Virus record (IMG/VR): IMGVR_UViG_3300042484_001250 | Span: 113,286-133,285 of that record | Direction: 5' to 3' (one strand) | Length of the DNA stretch: 20,000 nucleotides | Source: an uncultured virus (IMG/VR IMGVR_UViG_3300042484_001250) | Taxonomy: Duplodnaviria; Heunggongvirae; Uroviricota; Caudoviricetes | Shown: positions 9,186 to 17,402 of the stretch, piece by piece | How positions within the stretch are numbered: position 1 is the first letter of the stretch | Layout of the letters: each line of letters begins with the position of its first letter | Program-made: the position numbers and the translations under genes | The notes under the pieces: model-generated | Told to the model about the DNA's origin: nothing | The model's input: only the letters and a program-made list of their open reading frames with translations | The model's database searches: none

Positions 9186-10949
9186 ATGGCAGAATTAAAT
9201 GATGATAGAAGTTTTTTTGGTAGACTAAAGAAATTGTTTGCAACACAAGCCGTTGTCCGAATTGATAAAGATGGGAAACGTAAAGTTGTTGATACAGATG
9301 ATAGACAGTACAATACAAACTTTATTAATTTAAGAGATAGATATACAAAGTTACAAAAATCATTCTACGAACAACAAGGTGGTGCTCAATCAATGGCATA
9401 TTCGCAAGTTCGTAGAGAATTATTCAGAGATTATGATGCAATGGATAATGACCCGATACTTTCATCGGCATTAGACATTTATGCGGATGAATCAACTACA
9501 AAAGATGAATATGGTGAGGTATTAACAATCAAATCATCTAATGAAAATGTAAAAGAAGCATTACACAACTTATTCTACGATATAATGAACGTAGAGTTTA
9601 ACTTGTGGCCTTGGGTTCGTAATATGGTTAAGTATGGTGATTTCTTTTTGGCATTGGAAATTGGTGAGAATCAAGGAATTGTAAATGTAAAACCATATTC
9701 TGTCTACAATACTGAGCGATTAGAAAATACTGACCCATCAAATCCTAACTATGTTAAGTTTAAAGTAGAGTTGGATGAGATTGGAAAGAAGGAATATGAG
9801 AACTATGAAATGGCTCATTTTCGTTTACTTTCAGATACAAACTTCCTACCATATGGTAAATCAATGATTGAGGGAGCAAGAAGAATTTGGAAACAATTAA
9901 CTCTTATGGAAGATGCGATGTTAATCCATCGTATTATGAGAGCTCCTGAAAAGAGAGTATTCAAAATTGATATTGGTAACATTCCACCGCAAGAGGTTGA
10001 TAACTATATGCAAAAAATTATCAACAAAATGAAGAAAACTCCATTCGTTGATAGAAATACAGGAGATTACAACTTAAAATACAATATCCAAAACCTTACG
10101 GAAGATTTCTTTTTACCTGTTAGAGGTGGAGATAGTGGTACATCAATTGAAAATATTAGTGGTTTAGAATATACTGCAACGGAAGATATTGATTACTTAA
10201 AAAACAAATTATTTGCTGCATTGAGAGTACCAAAGGCTTACTTATCTTATGATGAGAACGTAAATGGTAAAGCAACTCTTGCGGCAGAAGATGTTAGATT
10301 CGCAAGAACTGTTGAAAGAATTCAAAGAACAGTAGTAAGTGAATTAACTAAAATAGCAATCGTTCACTTAGCAGCTCAAGGTATTGATGATGCTGAAATG
10401 GTAAACTTTGAATTAACTCTTACAAACTCATCTACAATCTATGAGCAAGAGAAAGTAAATCTTTGGAGTGAGAAGGTGAGATTAGGAACTGATATTAAAA
10501 ATATGAATATGTTATCTACCGATTGGGTATATCATAATGTATTTAATATGAGCGAAGATGAAATAAATACGGAGAGAGCTAAAGTAATATTAGATATCAA
10601 AGATAGATTTAGACATAACTCAATTGAACAGCAAGGTGAAGACCCAGCAAATCCACCAAAACAACAAAATGTGGAGCAAGAGATAGAGGAGTTGAAATTG
10701 GGTATGAGTCAAGACAAAGGTGGTAGACCAAGAGAAGGTAACACATATGGTAAAGATAAACACCCATATGGTAGAGACCCATTGGGTGATAAAGAAAATC
10801 ACGGAGAAAGAAAAAGAGAAAATAGAAACATATCAACTGCAAAATTAGCAAAAGAATATATAAATGGAATATCAGCTAAAAGAAAGGTTTTGATTGAGAA
10901 ATCTGGTATGTTAGATGAAAAAAATTTATTAGATGACACAAAAATTTAA
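9186..10949 (+). CDS. Portal protein (T4 gp20-like)
   Basis: WKQLTLMEDAMLIHRIMRAPEKRVFKIDIGN, EDFFLPVRGG and DIDYLKNKLFAALRVP motifs; position downstream of terL. Confidence 0.95.
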   Translation: MAELNDDRSFFGRLKKLFATQAVVRIDKDGKRKVVDTDDRQYNTNFINLRDRYTKLQKSFYEQQGGAQSMAYSQVRRELFRDYDAMDNDPILSSALDIYADESTTKDEYGEVLTIKSSNENVKEALHNLFYDIMNVEFNLWPWVRNMVKYGDFFLALEIGENQGIVNVKPYSVYNTERLENTDPSNPNYVKFKVELDEIGKKEYENYEMAHFRLLSDTNFLPYGKSMIEGARRIWKQLTLMEDAMLIHRIMRAPEKRVFKIDIGNIPPQEVDNYMQKIINKMKKTPFVDRNTGDYNLKYNIQNLTEDFFLPVRGGDSGTSIENISGLEYTATEDIDYLKNKLFAALRVPKAYLSYDENVNGKATLAAEDVRFARTVERIQRTVVSELTKIAIVHLAAQGIDDAEMVNFELTLTNSSTIYEQEKVNLWSEKVRLGTDIKNMNMLSTDWVYHNVFNMSEDEINTERAKVILDIKDRFRHNSIEQQGEDPANPPKQQNVEQEIEELKLGMSQDKGGRPREGNTYGKDKHPYGRDPLGDKENHGERKRENRNISTAKLAKEYINGISAKRKVLIEKSGMLDEKNLLDDTKI

Positions 10950-10965
10950 CAAATAAAAAAAGGTT

Positions 10966-10975
10966 TATATTTATA
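10966..10975 (+). promoter_or_regulatory. Putative phage late promoter motif TATATTTATA
   Basis: Same motif, 41 nt before ATG 11017. Confidence 0.6.
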
Positions 10976-11016
10976 TGTGTTACTATACGGTCGTAAGTTA
11001 AATATAGGGTAAATAA

Positions 11017-11898
11017 ATGAAAAAAATAAAGCACAGTAAATTCAAAAATACTGGAGTGTTATTTGAATTATTAGTAAGACAAATAACATTAGAGGTATTG
11101 AATGGAGATAAAACGGAAAATGCTAAGAAGATAGTTAAGGAGTTTTTTGCTCCCGGAACGGAACTTAATAAAGAGTTACGTTTGTATGAACTACTTTTAA
11201 AAGAAAAATATAATACGGAGAGTAGAGCAGAGAAATTTGTAGATACTGTATCCCAAGCTCACTCAAAATTAAATGAGGGAAAACTAGCTAAAGAAAAATA
11301 TGGTTTAATTAAAGAAATTGGTGCTAAATTCGAAATAGAGCAATTCTTATCATCGCCAATTACCAACTACAAAGTATTAGCTTCAATTTATAAAGTATTT
11401 GAATCTAAAAAATCGGAAAACTACGATATTAAAGATATATTCAATTCGAAGATTACCCTAATTGAAAACATCATAGCAAGACCTGCTAAAGTAGAAGCAG
11501 TTAAAAATGTTGAATCGATTAAGTTAATGGAAACTTATTCTCAACAAGAAAAAGATTTACGTTTATTGACTTATAAGATATTGGTTGAAACTTTCAATAA
11601 AAAATATACTAATTTAGATACAAAACAAAAAGGCTTGTTGAAAGAGTATATTAACAATATGAGTAACACAACTAAATTCAAAGATTATGTTGTTACCGAA
11701 GTTCCTAAAATCGCAAAAGAACTTAGATTAATTGAAACTAAAGTTTGTGATAAAGTAACTAAAATCAAATTATTAGAAACAATTTCAGTATTAGAAAAAA
11801 TGAAGATTGGAAAGACTGTTTCCGATTCTCAAGTTTCATCTATTATGCTTTCTTATGAATTAGTTAAAGAATTAAAGAACAAAGTAAATGGAAAATAA
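11017..11898 (+). CDS. Conserved head-module protein of unknown function (possible prohead core component)
   Basis: Helical 293-aa ORF starting KHSKFKNTGVLFELLVRQ, located between portal and protease. Confidence 0.7.
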   Translation: MKKIKHSKFKNTGVLFELLVRQITLEVLNGDKTENAKKIVKEFFAPGTELNKELRLYELLLKEKYNTESRAEKFVDTVSQAHSKLNEGKLAKEKYGLIKEIGAKFEIEQFLSSPITNYKVLASIYKVFESKKSENYDIKDIFNSKITLIENIIARPAKVEAVKNVESIKLMETYSQQEKDLRLLTYKILVETFNKKYTNLDTKQKGLLKEYINNMSNTTKFKDYVVTEVPKIAKELRLIETKVCDKVTKIKLLETISVLEKMKIGKTVSDSQVSSIMLSYELVKELKNKVNGK

Positions 11899-12454
11899 AT
11901 TAAGAGAAATAATCAGAACATTAGTCAAAGAGATTCAATCCGAAGATGAATTGGAGGAAATGACTGGAACTGGTGCAGTTGCTGGTTACAACACTCCTGC
12001 TGCATTTTCTAAACCCGGTCAAACTGGAAAGAAAAACAATAGATTAGCTAAAGTTACTGGTGGGACTGTTGTAGATGATTTAGAGGAAGGTAAATTAAAA
12101 GAAGATATTGGTGTATTGGATTTAGACCCACATAAATTAAAACCAACAGCAACTCCATCAAAAAAAGAAAATGATAAAGATGAAACTATGGCAGATGTAT
12201 CTTCTATGGAATTGGTTGAAAATCGTTGGTTAGAATTAAAAAGAGAAGATGCTTCTCCACAAAAGAAAATAGCTGTGGGATTGAGAAGTGTAAAATCTCA
12301 ATTATCTGAAATTGAAAAGTTTGTTAATTGGTATTCAAGATTAAAAACTGAAAACAATTTGGACAGAACAGGTTACTACAAAAGAACATATAGTAACTTA
12401 AATACTATCAAAGAAAGATTAAATAAAATAGCGGAGAAAATCCACTCAATGTAA
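11888..12454 (+). CDS. Putative internal head protein
   Basis: KLREIIRTLVKE leader, LEE|MTGTGAVAGYNTP segment and a coiled-coil C terminus. Confidence 0.7.
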   Translation: MENKLREIIRTLVKEIQSEDELEEMTGTGAVAGYNTPAAFSKPGQTGKKNNRLAKVTGGTVVDDLEEGKLKEDIGVLDLDPHKLKPTATPSKKENDKDETMADVSSMELVENRWLELKREDASPQKKIAVGLRSVKSQLSEIEKFVNWYSRLKTENNLDRTGYYKRTYSNLNTIKERLNKIAEKIHSM

Positions 12455-12455
12455 T

Positions 12456-12662
12456 ATGGCAGGTATAACAAAACAAAAACTAAAAGAATTAGTTAAGGAA
12501 GTAATGGTAGAAGAAACTGAATATCAGGCATTCTTCCAAAAGGCATTAGATAAAGCTGGTAAATCTATTCCATCTATGAGTGATGATGAAAAGAAAGCAT
12601 TCTTTGATAAAATTGATGCAGCATGGAATGGTAAAGGTGAAAAATCCGAATCCGTAAAATAA
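12456..12662 (+). CDS. Small putative head protein (68 aa)
   Basis: KLKELVKEVMVEE leader; tightly packed in the operon. Confidence 0.7.
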   Translation: MAGITKQKLKELVKEVMVEETEYQAFFQKALDKAGKSIPSMSDDEKKAFFDKIDAAWNGKGEKSESVK

Positions 12663-12669
12663 TAACAAA

Positions 12670-13257
12670 ATGAAGAATCTTTTAATAGAAACCAAATTAT
12701 TCGAAGGAAAGGTGCAAGAGGATGCTGGTGGTAGAACTATCGTTAAAGGTGTTCTTCAAAGAGCTGGTGCGGAGAATCAAAATGGTAGAGTATATCCAAA
12801 ACCTACATTGATGAGAGAAGCTCAAAAGTATGAGCAACTTATCAAAGAACGTAGAGCATTAGGTGAATTGGACCACCCTGATTCAACTGTAATCAACTTA
12901 AAGAACGTATCACACAATGTTAGAGAAATCCATTGGGAGGGCGATGATTTATGTGGTACGGTTGAAATCCTTGCAACTCCATCTGGTAATATCCTTAAAG
13001 AATTACTTAAAGCTGGTATCCTATTAGGTATATCATCAAGAGGTATGGGTTCTACAAAACAAATGGAAGGAAATAAAGTAGAAGTTCAGGAAGATTTTGA
13101 ATTAATCGGTTGGGATTTTGTTTCTAATCCATCTACACATGGTGCATTTATGGTACCTGTAAACGAATCGGTAACAAAACAAATTGGAACTGATGTTTGC
13201 GGAGATTATTGCAAAGCACAAGATTTAATGAGAGAAATTATAACTGAAATATCATAA
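12670..13257 (+). CDS. Prohead core protease (T4 gp21-like)
   Basis: NQNGRVYP, ALGELDHP (catalytic His), GISSRGMGS (catalytic Ser) and DFVSNPS motifs. Confidence 0.95.
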   Translation: MKNLLIETKLFEGKVQEDAGGRTIVKGVLQRAGAENQNGRVYPKPTLMREAQKYEQLIKERRALGELDHPDSTVINLKNVSHNVREIHWEGDDLCGTVEILATPSGNILKELLKAGILLGISSRGMGSTKQMEGNKVEVQEDFELIGWDFVSNPSTHGAFMVPVNESVTKQIGTDVCGDYCKAQDLMREIITEIS

Positions 13258-13814
13258 TGAGCAAGCCATTTGACATATACGATTATGTACACAATAATAA
13301 GATTAGCTTAAAAGTAGAAGCTAATAGAAAAGCAACTAATGTAACTAAGGGGTACAATGACATTCGTAAAACTAATTTAAACGAAGTAAAGATTGTAAAC
13401 GGAAAGTTTAGCATTAAAGAAAGTTTAAACGGAGATAAAAGACCTTTAAGTAATGAGGTTAAGAAACACTTTTTAGAAATCATCTCTACATACAACACAT
13501 TCCAAGAGCAAATGCAAAGAGCATCCGATTTAACGGAGGTTGCAAATACTTTAGGTGGAATTGTTGAAGCAGCAAAAGAATTAACTTTAAGAGAAACTGC
13601 AGATTGGTTTGATGGTGTAACTGTTAAACGTAATATGAGTGAATTGGATAAGATGGATAAAAGTTTCCAAAAGTTCGCAGTAGAAGCAAGAGCAATGGAT
13701 GAAAGATTACATTCATTATACGAAGATATGGGACATATTCTATCTCGTTACTATGAGATTGCAGATATTCAGCCTGATGTTATGAGAGAAAGATTGGGTT
13801 TAAGAAAAAAATAA
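13257..13814 (+). CDS. Hypothetical head-module protein, helical
   Basis: 185-aa ORF whose ATG overlaps the protease stop codon; LNE and IKE candidate cleavage sites. Confidence 0.7.
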   Translation: MSKPFDIYDYVHNNKISLKVEANRKATNVTKGYNDIRKTNLNEVKIVNGKFSIKESLNGDKRPLSNEVKKHFLEIISTYNTFQEQMQRASDLTEVANTLGGIVEAAKELTLRETADWFDGVTVKRNMSELDKMDKSFQKFAVEARAMDERLHSLYEDMGHILSRYYEIADIQPDVMRERLGLRKK

Positions 13815-13815
13815 T

Positions 13816-14427
13816 ATGATTCGTTTAACTGAAATGTTTAACTTTGCTGATAGTTCTACTTATGGTAAACTAAAACCACAATTAGGACAGGTAATGTCTA
13901 ACCCTTATGCAAGAGCATTCGCTCCGCAAGTTAAAGAGGGTGAAGACCACGAAGTATCAATGGCAAATAACACTTTGGATGCAATTATAAAGAACGCAAC
14001 TGAATTAAAATCTAAAATCGGTGGAAACGAAAAGAACATACCTGCGTGGATTCAAGACCACATTACAAATGCAGGAAACTTTATTTCACAAGCTGCTGAA
14101 AACTATCACGAATACGGAAAGAACGAATCAAAGCAACAAATCAAAGAAGCAACTGCAAAGTTTGATTTTGTTCAAGCGAATGGTGTTCAATTCTATGTAT
14201 CATCTCCAAATAACAATATAGTTTTATTACCACAATCAAGAAAAGAAATTGAAAAGATTGATACCATAAAACAAAAATTGGGTGATGGTGCAGACGAAGA
14301 TTTTTTATCATTATTACAAATCCGTTTAGAAAAGAAATTAGGAGTTTCAGTAATACCAAACAAAAGATACGCTGGAGCCGGTTATGCATTTGATATTGAT
14401 ACTGAAAAATTATTTAATAAATTATAA
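13816..14427 (+). CDS. Putative internal head protein with two modules
   Basis: MIRLTE leader, helical module VKE|GEDHEVSMA...IPAWIQDHIT, and a second module after IKE. Confidence 0.7.
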   Translation: MIRLTEMFNFADSSTYGKLKPQLGQVMSNPYARAFAPQVKEGEDHEVSMANNTLDAIIKNATELKSKIGGNEKNIPAWIQDHITNAGNFISQAAENYHEYGKNESKQQIKEATAKFDFVQANGVQFYVSSPNNNIVLLPQSRKEIEKIDTIKQKLGDGADEDFLSLLQIRLEKKLGVSVIPNKRYAGAGYAFDIDTEKLFNKL

Positions 14428-14428
14428 A

Positions 14429-15943
14429 ATGATTAAATTAAATCAACTACTTAAAGAGGAAACGTTTACCGCAACTAATAAATCAACTGGTAAAACTTCT
14501 GTATTCAAATCTAAAGATAGTAGAGATGCTGCAATCAAAGCAGGTACACATGATACTATAAAAGATAAAGAACAACCATCGGCACCAAAAGCAGCTGGTA
14601 GTGATATGTTTGGTGGAGATTATACAAAAAATAGAGGTGGTGAAGCTCCTAAATCTGATGCTGGTAAAGAAGAAACTCCAAAGTATGATTTAGGTGTAGA
14701 CTCAGTTGTATATAACAAAAGAACAAAGACAGTTGGTATTGTAAGATTGGGGGATGAAAGAGGTGAAACGAAAACTGATGCAGATGGTAATGTAAATACT
14801 GATGAGTTAGAACCATACAACCCAATGAAGTTTCCATATCAAAAAGATGCACAAGTTGCACCATCAACATCAAAAGAAATTGAAAGTAGAAAGTTATTCA
14901 ATCCGTTTTCACAAAAAAATGACCCTATAAAATCAGAACCTAAAAACCAAAGAAAAGGTAATCCACAAGTAAACAAAGAAGCAAAAAAGAAAGCAGAACA
15001 ATATGGTATTACTCCTCAAAAGTTGGGTAATGAAAAATATAAAGAAGCAATGTTACAAGCAGCAGTTTCTGCATTAACTGATTCAAACTTCCATAGTGAA
15101 GCAAGAGAATTAGTTGCAGCAATTGAAGGAAAGCCTGAATTTGCAAAAAAACCGGAGTACCCATCGATGAAAGACCCTAAGTATAAAGAAAAAATGGCAG
15201 ATATTCGTAAGAATTCCGCAGATGGTTCGATTTATATGAATGGTACTGGTGAGATTGATGATTATGGTACGGATGTATCACAAGCATCTGGATGGGATGG
15301 TGTTGATGCAGCGGATAGTATTGCATTTACATTAAGAATGAATGGTTTCCATAAAGAAGCAGATTTGATTCAATCGGTATTTGATAATAAACCATATATG
15401 AAAAATGAGGGTACAATTAAATTAACAAAGTTAATGGAAAATGACCCTTGTTGGAAGGGATACAAACAAGTTGGAATGAAAGACAAGAATGGTAGAGAAG
15501 TTCCAAATTGTGTGCCTGAAGGAATTGTGAATGAGCAAACATCATATGCATTTGGTAAACAACAATATACCCAAAAAACTCTTACACCATCTCAAATTTT
15601 AGATTTAGCTACTGCATATGTAAATGTACCAAATTTGGAAAAAATTTTTAATGGTAAACTTGATAATATAGTTAATGTAGCTAATGATTTGGCTAGATTA
15701 AATGGTACTATTCAATTAGATGCAAAAACAAGAGGTAAAAAACCCGCACTTATATTATCTTTATTAAACAATAAATTAATTAGTAAAGATGATTATGTTA
15801 AATTGTATAGAAACTTAATAGAAAAACAAATATTGACTGTAAAAAGATTAAAAAATGCAGACCCAGCATCAAGAATGATAAAGGGAGCAGCTGCTAGACA
15901 AGCTTATAAAGATATGAAGGGTGAGTTTGATGAAACAGATTAG
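14429..15943 (+). CDS. Modular putative internal head/cargo protein
   Basis: Likely start at ATG 14429 (MIKLNQLLKEE), 1 nt after the upstream stop. Contains an internal leader-like IKLTKLME and a CWKGY...VPNCVP motif. Confidence 0.7.
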   Translation: MIKLNQLLKEETFTATNKSTGKTSVFKSKDSRDAAIKAGTHDTIKDKEQPSAPKAAGSDMFGGDYTKNRGGEAPKSDAGKEETPKYDLGVDSVVYNKRTKTVGIVRLGDERGETKTDADGNVNTDELEPYNPMKFPYQKDAQVAPSTSKEIESRKLFNPFSQKNDPIKSEPKNQRKGNPQVNKEAKKKAEQYGITPQKLGNEKYKEAMLQAAVSALTDSNFHSEARELVAAIEGKPEFAKKPEYPSMKDPKYKEKMADIRKNSADGSIYMNGTGEIDDYGTDVSQASGWDGVDAADSIAFTLRMNGFHKEADLIQSVFDNKPYMKNEGTIKLTKLMENDPCWKGYKQVGMKDKNGREVPNCVPEGIVNEQTSYAFGKQQYTQKTLTPSQILDLATAYVNVPNLEKIFNGKLDNIVNVANDLARLNGTIQLDAKTRGKKPALILSLLNNKLISKDDYVKLYRNLIEKQILTVKRLKNADPASRMIKGAAARQAYKDMKGEFDETD

Positions 15944-15971
15944 TTAGTTAAAAAATAAAATATAATTAAAG

Positions 15972-15999
15972 AAAAGCTTGGTAATCCCAAGCTTTTTTT
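15972..15999 (+). terminator. Intrinsic terminator
   Basis: AAAAGCTTGG (15972-15981) / CCAAGCTTTT (15987-15996) inverted repeat running into a T-tract. Confidence 0.75.
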
Positions 16000-16008
16000 G
16001 TATATTTG
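15978..16008 (+). promoter_or_regulatory. Bacteroidota primary-sigma-type promoter (-33 TTG, -7 TAnnTTTG)
   Basis: TTG at 15978-15980, 20-nt spacer, TATATTTG at 16001-16008; 20 nt before ATG 16029. Confidence 0.7.
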
Positions 16009-16028
16009 TGGTTACTATAATAAAACCC

Positions 16029-17363
16029 ATGGCAATTAAACCATTTTCAATTTTAGATACTCGCACCAAAGAATGGCAAGACCGTAAACGTTGGTGGATA
16101 CAAACCTATAATATCAAATCAGAGTTAGGTAGGGAAGATACTCAATCAAATAGTAAGTTTTGGGATGATGAAGATACTGTTTCAGTATTCGATGCTACTC
16201 TATCCGAAAAGATGTATGAGTGGTTTGTTCCAAAGGGTGGTAAGATATTAGACCCATTTGCTGGCGGAAGTGTGAGGGGAATTGTGGCAACGGAGATGGG
16301 ATTCAAATATGATGGTATCGATATATCACAAACACAAATAGATGCAAATAGAAAACAATCCGATAAACCTCGATGGATGGGTGGGGATAGTTACCTATTA
16401 TTAAATGTATTGGAGGAGAATACCTATGATTTTGTATTTACTTGCCCACCATACTACGATTTGGAGGTATATAGTGATAATGCGAATGATTTATCTAATA
16501 TGGCGGATGCACAATTTGATGATAGATACATTTCTATATTACAAAAATCAGCAGAAAAGTTAAAGAACAATAGATTCTTTGCAGTTGTGGTATCGGAAGT
16601 TAGAGAGGTATCAAAGACAGGGGATTACAAAATTGGAAAGTATAGAGGATTGGTAAACAAAACTATTTCAGCAATGGAAGAAGTTGGTTTACACTTCTAT
16701 AACGATATGGTACTATTTAATTCACAACATCAGGCTGGAAGAGTGGTAGATACATATTTCAAACGTAATCGTAAGGTAGCATCTGTTCATCAAAACGTAT
16801 TAGTATTTGTAAAAGGAAATCCTGATTTGGCAACGGAAGATATTGAATGGGATGGTACTTACAAATGTGTAGTTGGTGGAAAACAATACAAATCATTCAG
16901 AGAAGCGGCAATTTCAATAAATCCAAATGAGTTAGTAGCATCGGAAGTAGAAAGAAGATGCCTTTCACCAAAAACCAAATACAAAGGGTGGCAGGTAAAT
17001 GGTGAGGAAACATATCCTATCTTAAAATATTGTATAGATGGGTATTACTTTGAGTCTCCTGTACAAGCTGCAGAGTACATTGAATATAGTGAAACTGAAA
17101 TTCGTAATCGTTTAGAATCAAAAGCTGACCATTATAGACATTGGAAAAAGTTGGAAACTCCTTTAACAACTATTACTTATGATGCACATGAAAGGACTCT
17201 AAAGGACATCCAAGTTAGAGATAAGGTACATACGATAAGTTGTGAGGGAGAACTATTCTACACACTAAAAGATGCAGGTGAAAGATTTGGTGTATCGGAT
17301 GAACGAATCAGACAAAAAATCCAATCGGACAAACATACTGACTATTTTTACTTATTTTCATAG
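16029..17363 (+). CDS. DNA amino-methyltransferase (N6A/N4C) with three C-terminal NUMOD1/HTH-like repeats
   Basis: Motif I ILDPFAGGSVRG followed by motif IV FTCPPYY. C-terminal repeats resemble G..Y.S..EAA......I..R. Start moved to ATG 16029, downstream of the promoter. Confidence 0.85.
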   Translation: MAIKPFSILDTRTKEWQDRKRWWIQTYNIKSELGREDTQSNSKFWDDEDTVSVFDATLSEKMYEWFVPKGGKILDPFAGGSVRGIVATEMGFKYDGIDISQTQIDANRKQSDKPRWMGGDSYLLLNVLEENTYDFVFTCPPYYDLEVYSDNANDLSNMADAQFDDRYISILQKSAEKLKNNRFFAVVVSEVREVSKTGDYKIGKYRGLVNKTISAMEEVGLHFYNDMVLFNSQHQAGRVVDTYFKRNRKVASVHQNVLVFVKGNPDLATEDIEWDGTYKCVVGGKQYKSFREAAISINPNELVASEVERRCLSPKTKYKGWQVNGEETYPILKYCIDGYYFESPVQAAEYIEYSETEIRNRLESKADHYRHWKKLETPLTTITYDAHERTLKDIQVRDKVHTISCEGELFYTLKDAGERFGVSDERIRQKIQSDKHTDYFYLFS

Positions 17364-17368
17364 AATCT

Positions 17369-17378
17369 AATATTTATT
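17369..17378 (+). promoter_or_regulatory. Putative phage late promoter motif AATATTTATT
   Basis: Motif variant, 24 nt before ATG 17403. Confidence 0.6.
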
Positions 17379-17402
17379 CCATATAACCAAAGGAATAATA
17401 TT

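Noticed and set aside
2735..10949. Inteins or introns in the 1204-aa ORF, terminase or portal
   Set aside because: No intein splice motifs (N-terminal C/S with C-terminal HN) or LAGLIDADG motifs were seen; terL and portal are continuous and of normal length
14384..14428. Track start at 14384
   Set aside because: It overlaps the upstream gene; ATG 14429 gives the MIKL leader shared with the 8737 ORF
15978..16028. Track start of the methyltransferase at TTG 15978
   Set aside because: It falls inside the terminator/promoter; ATG 16029 is more plausible
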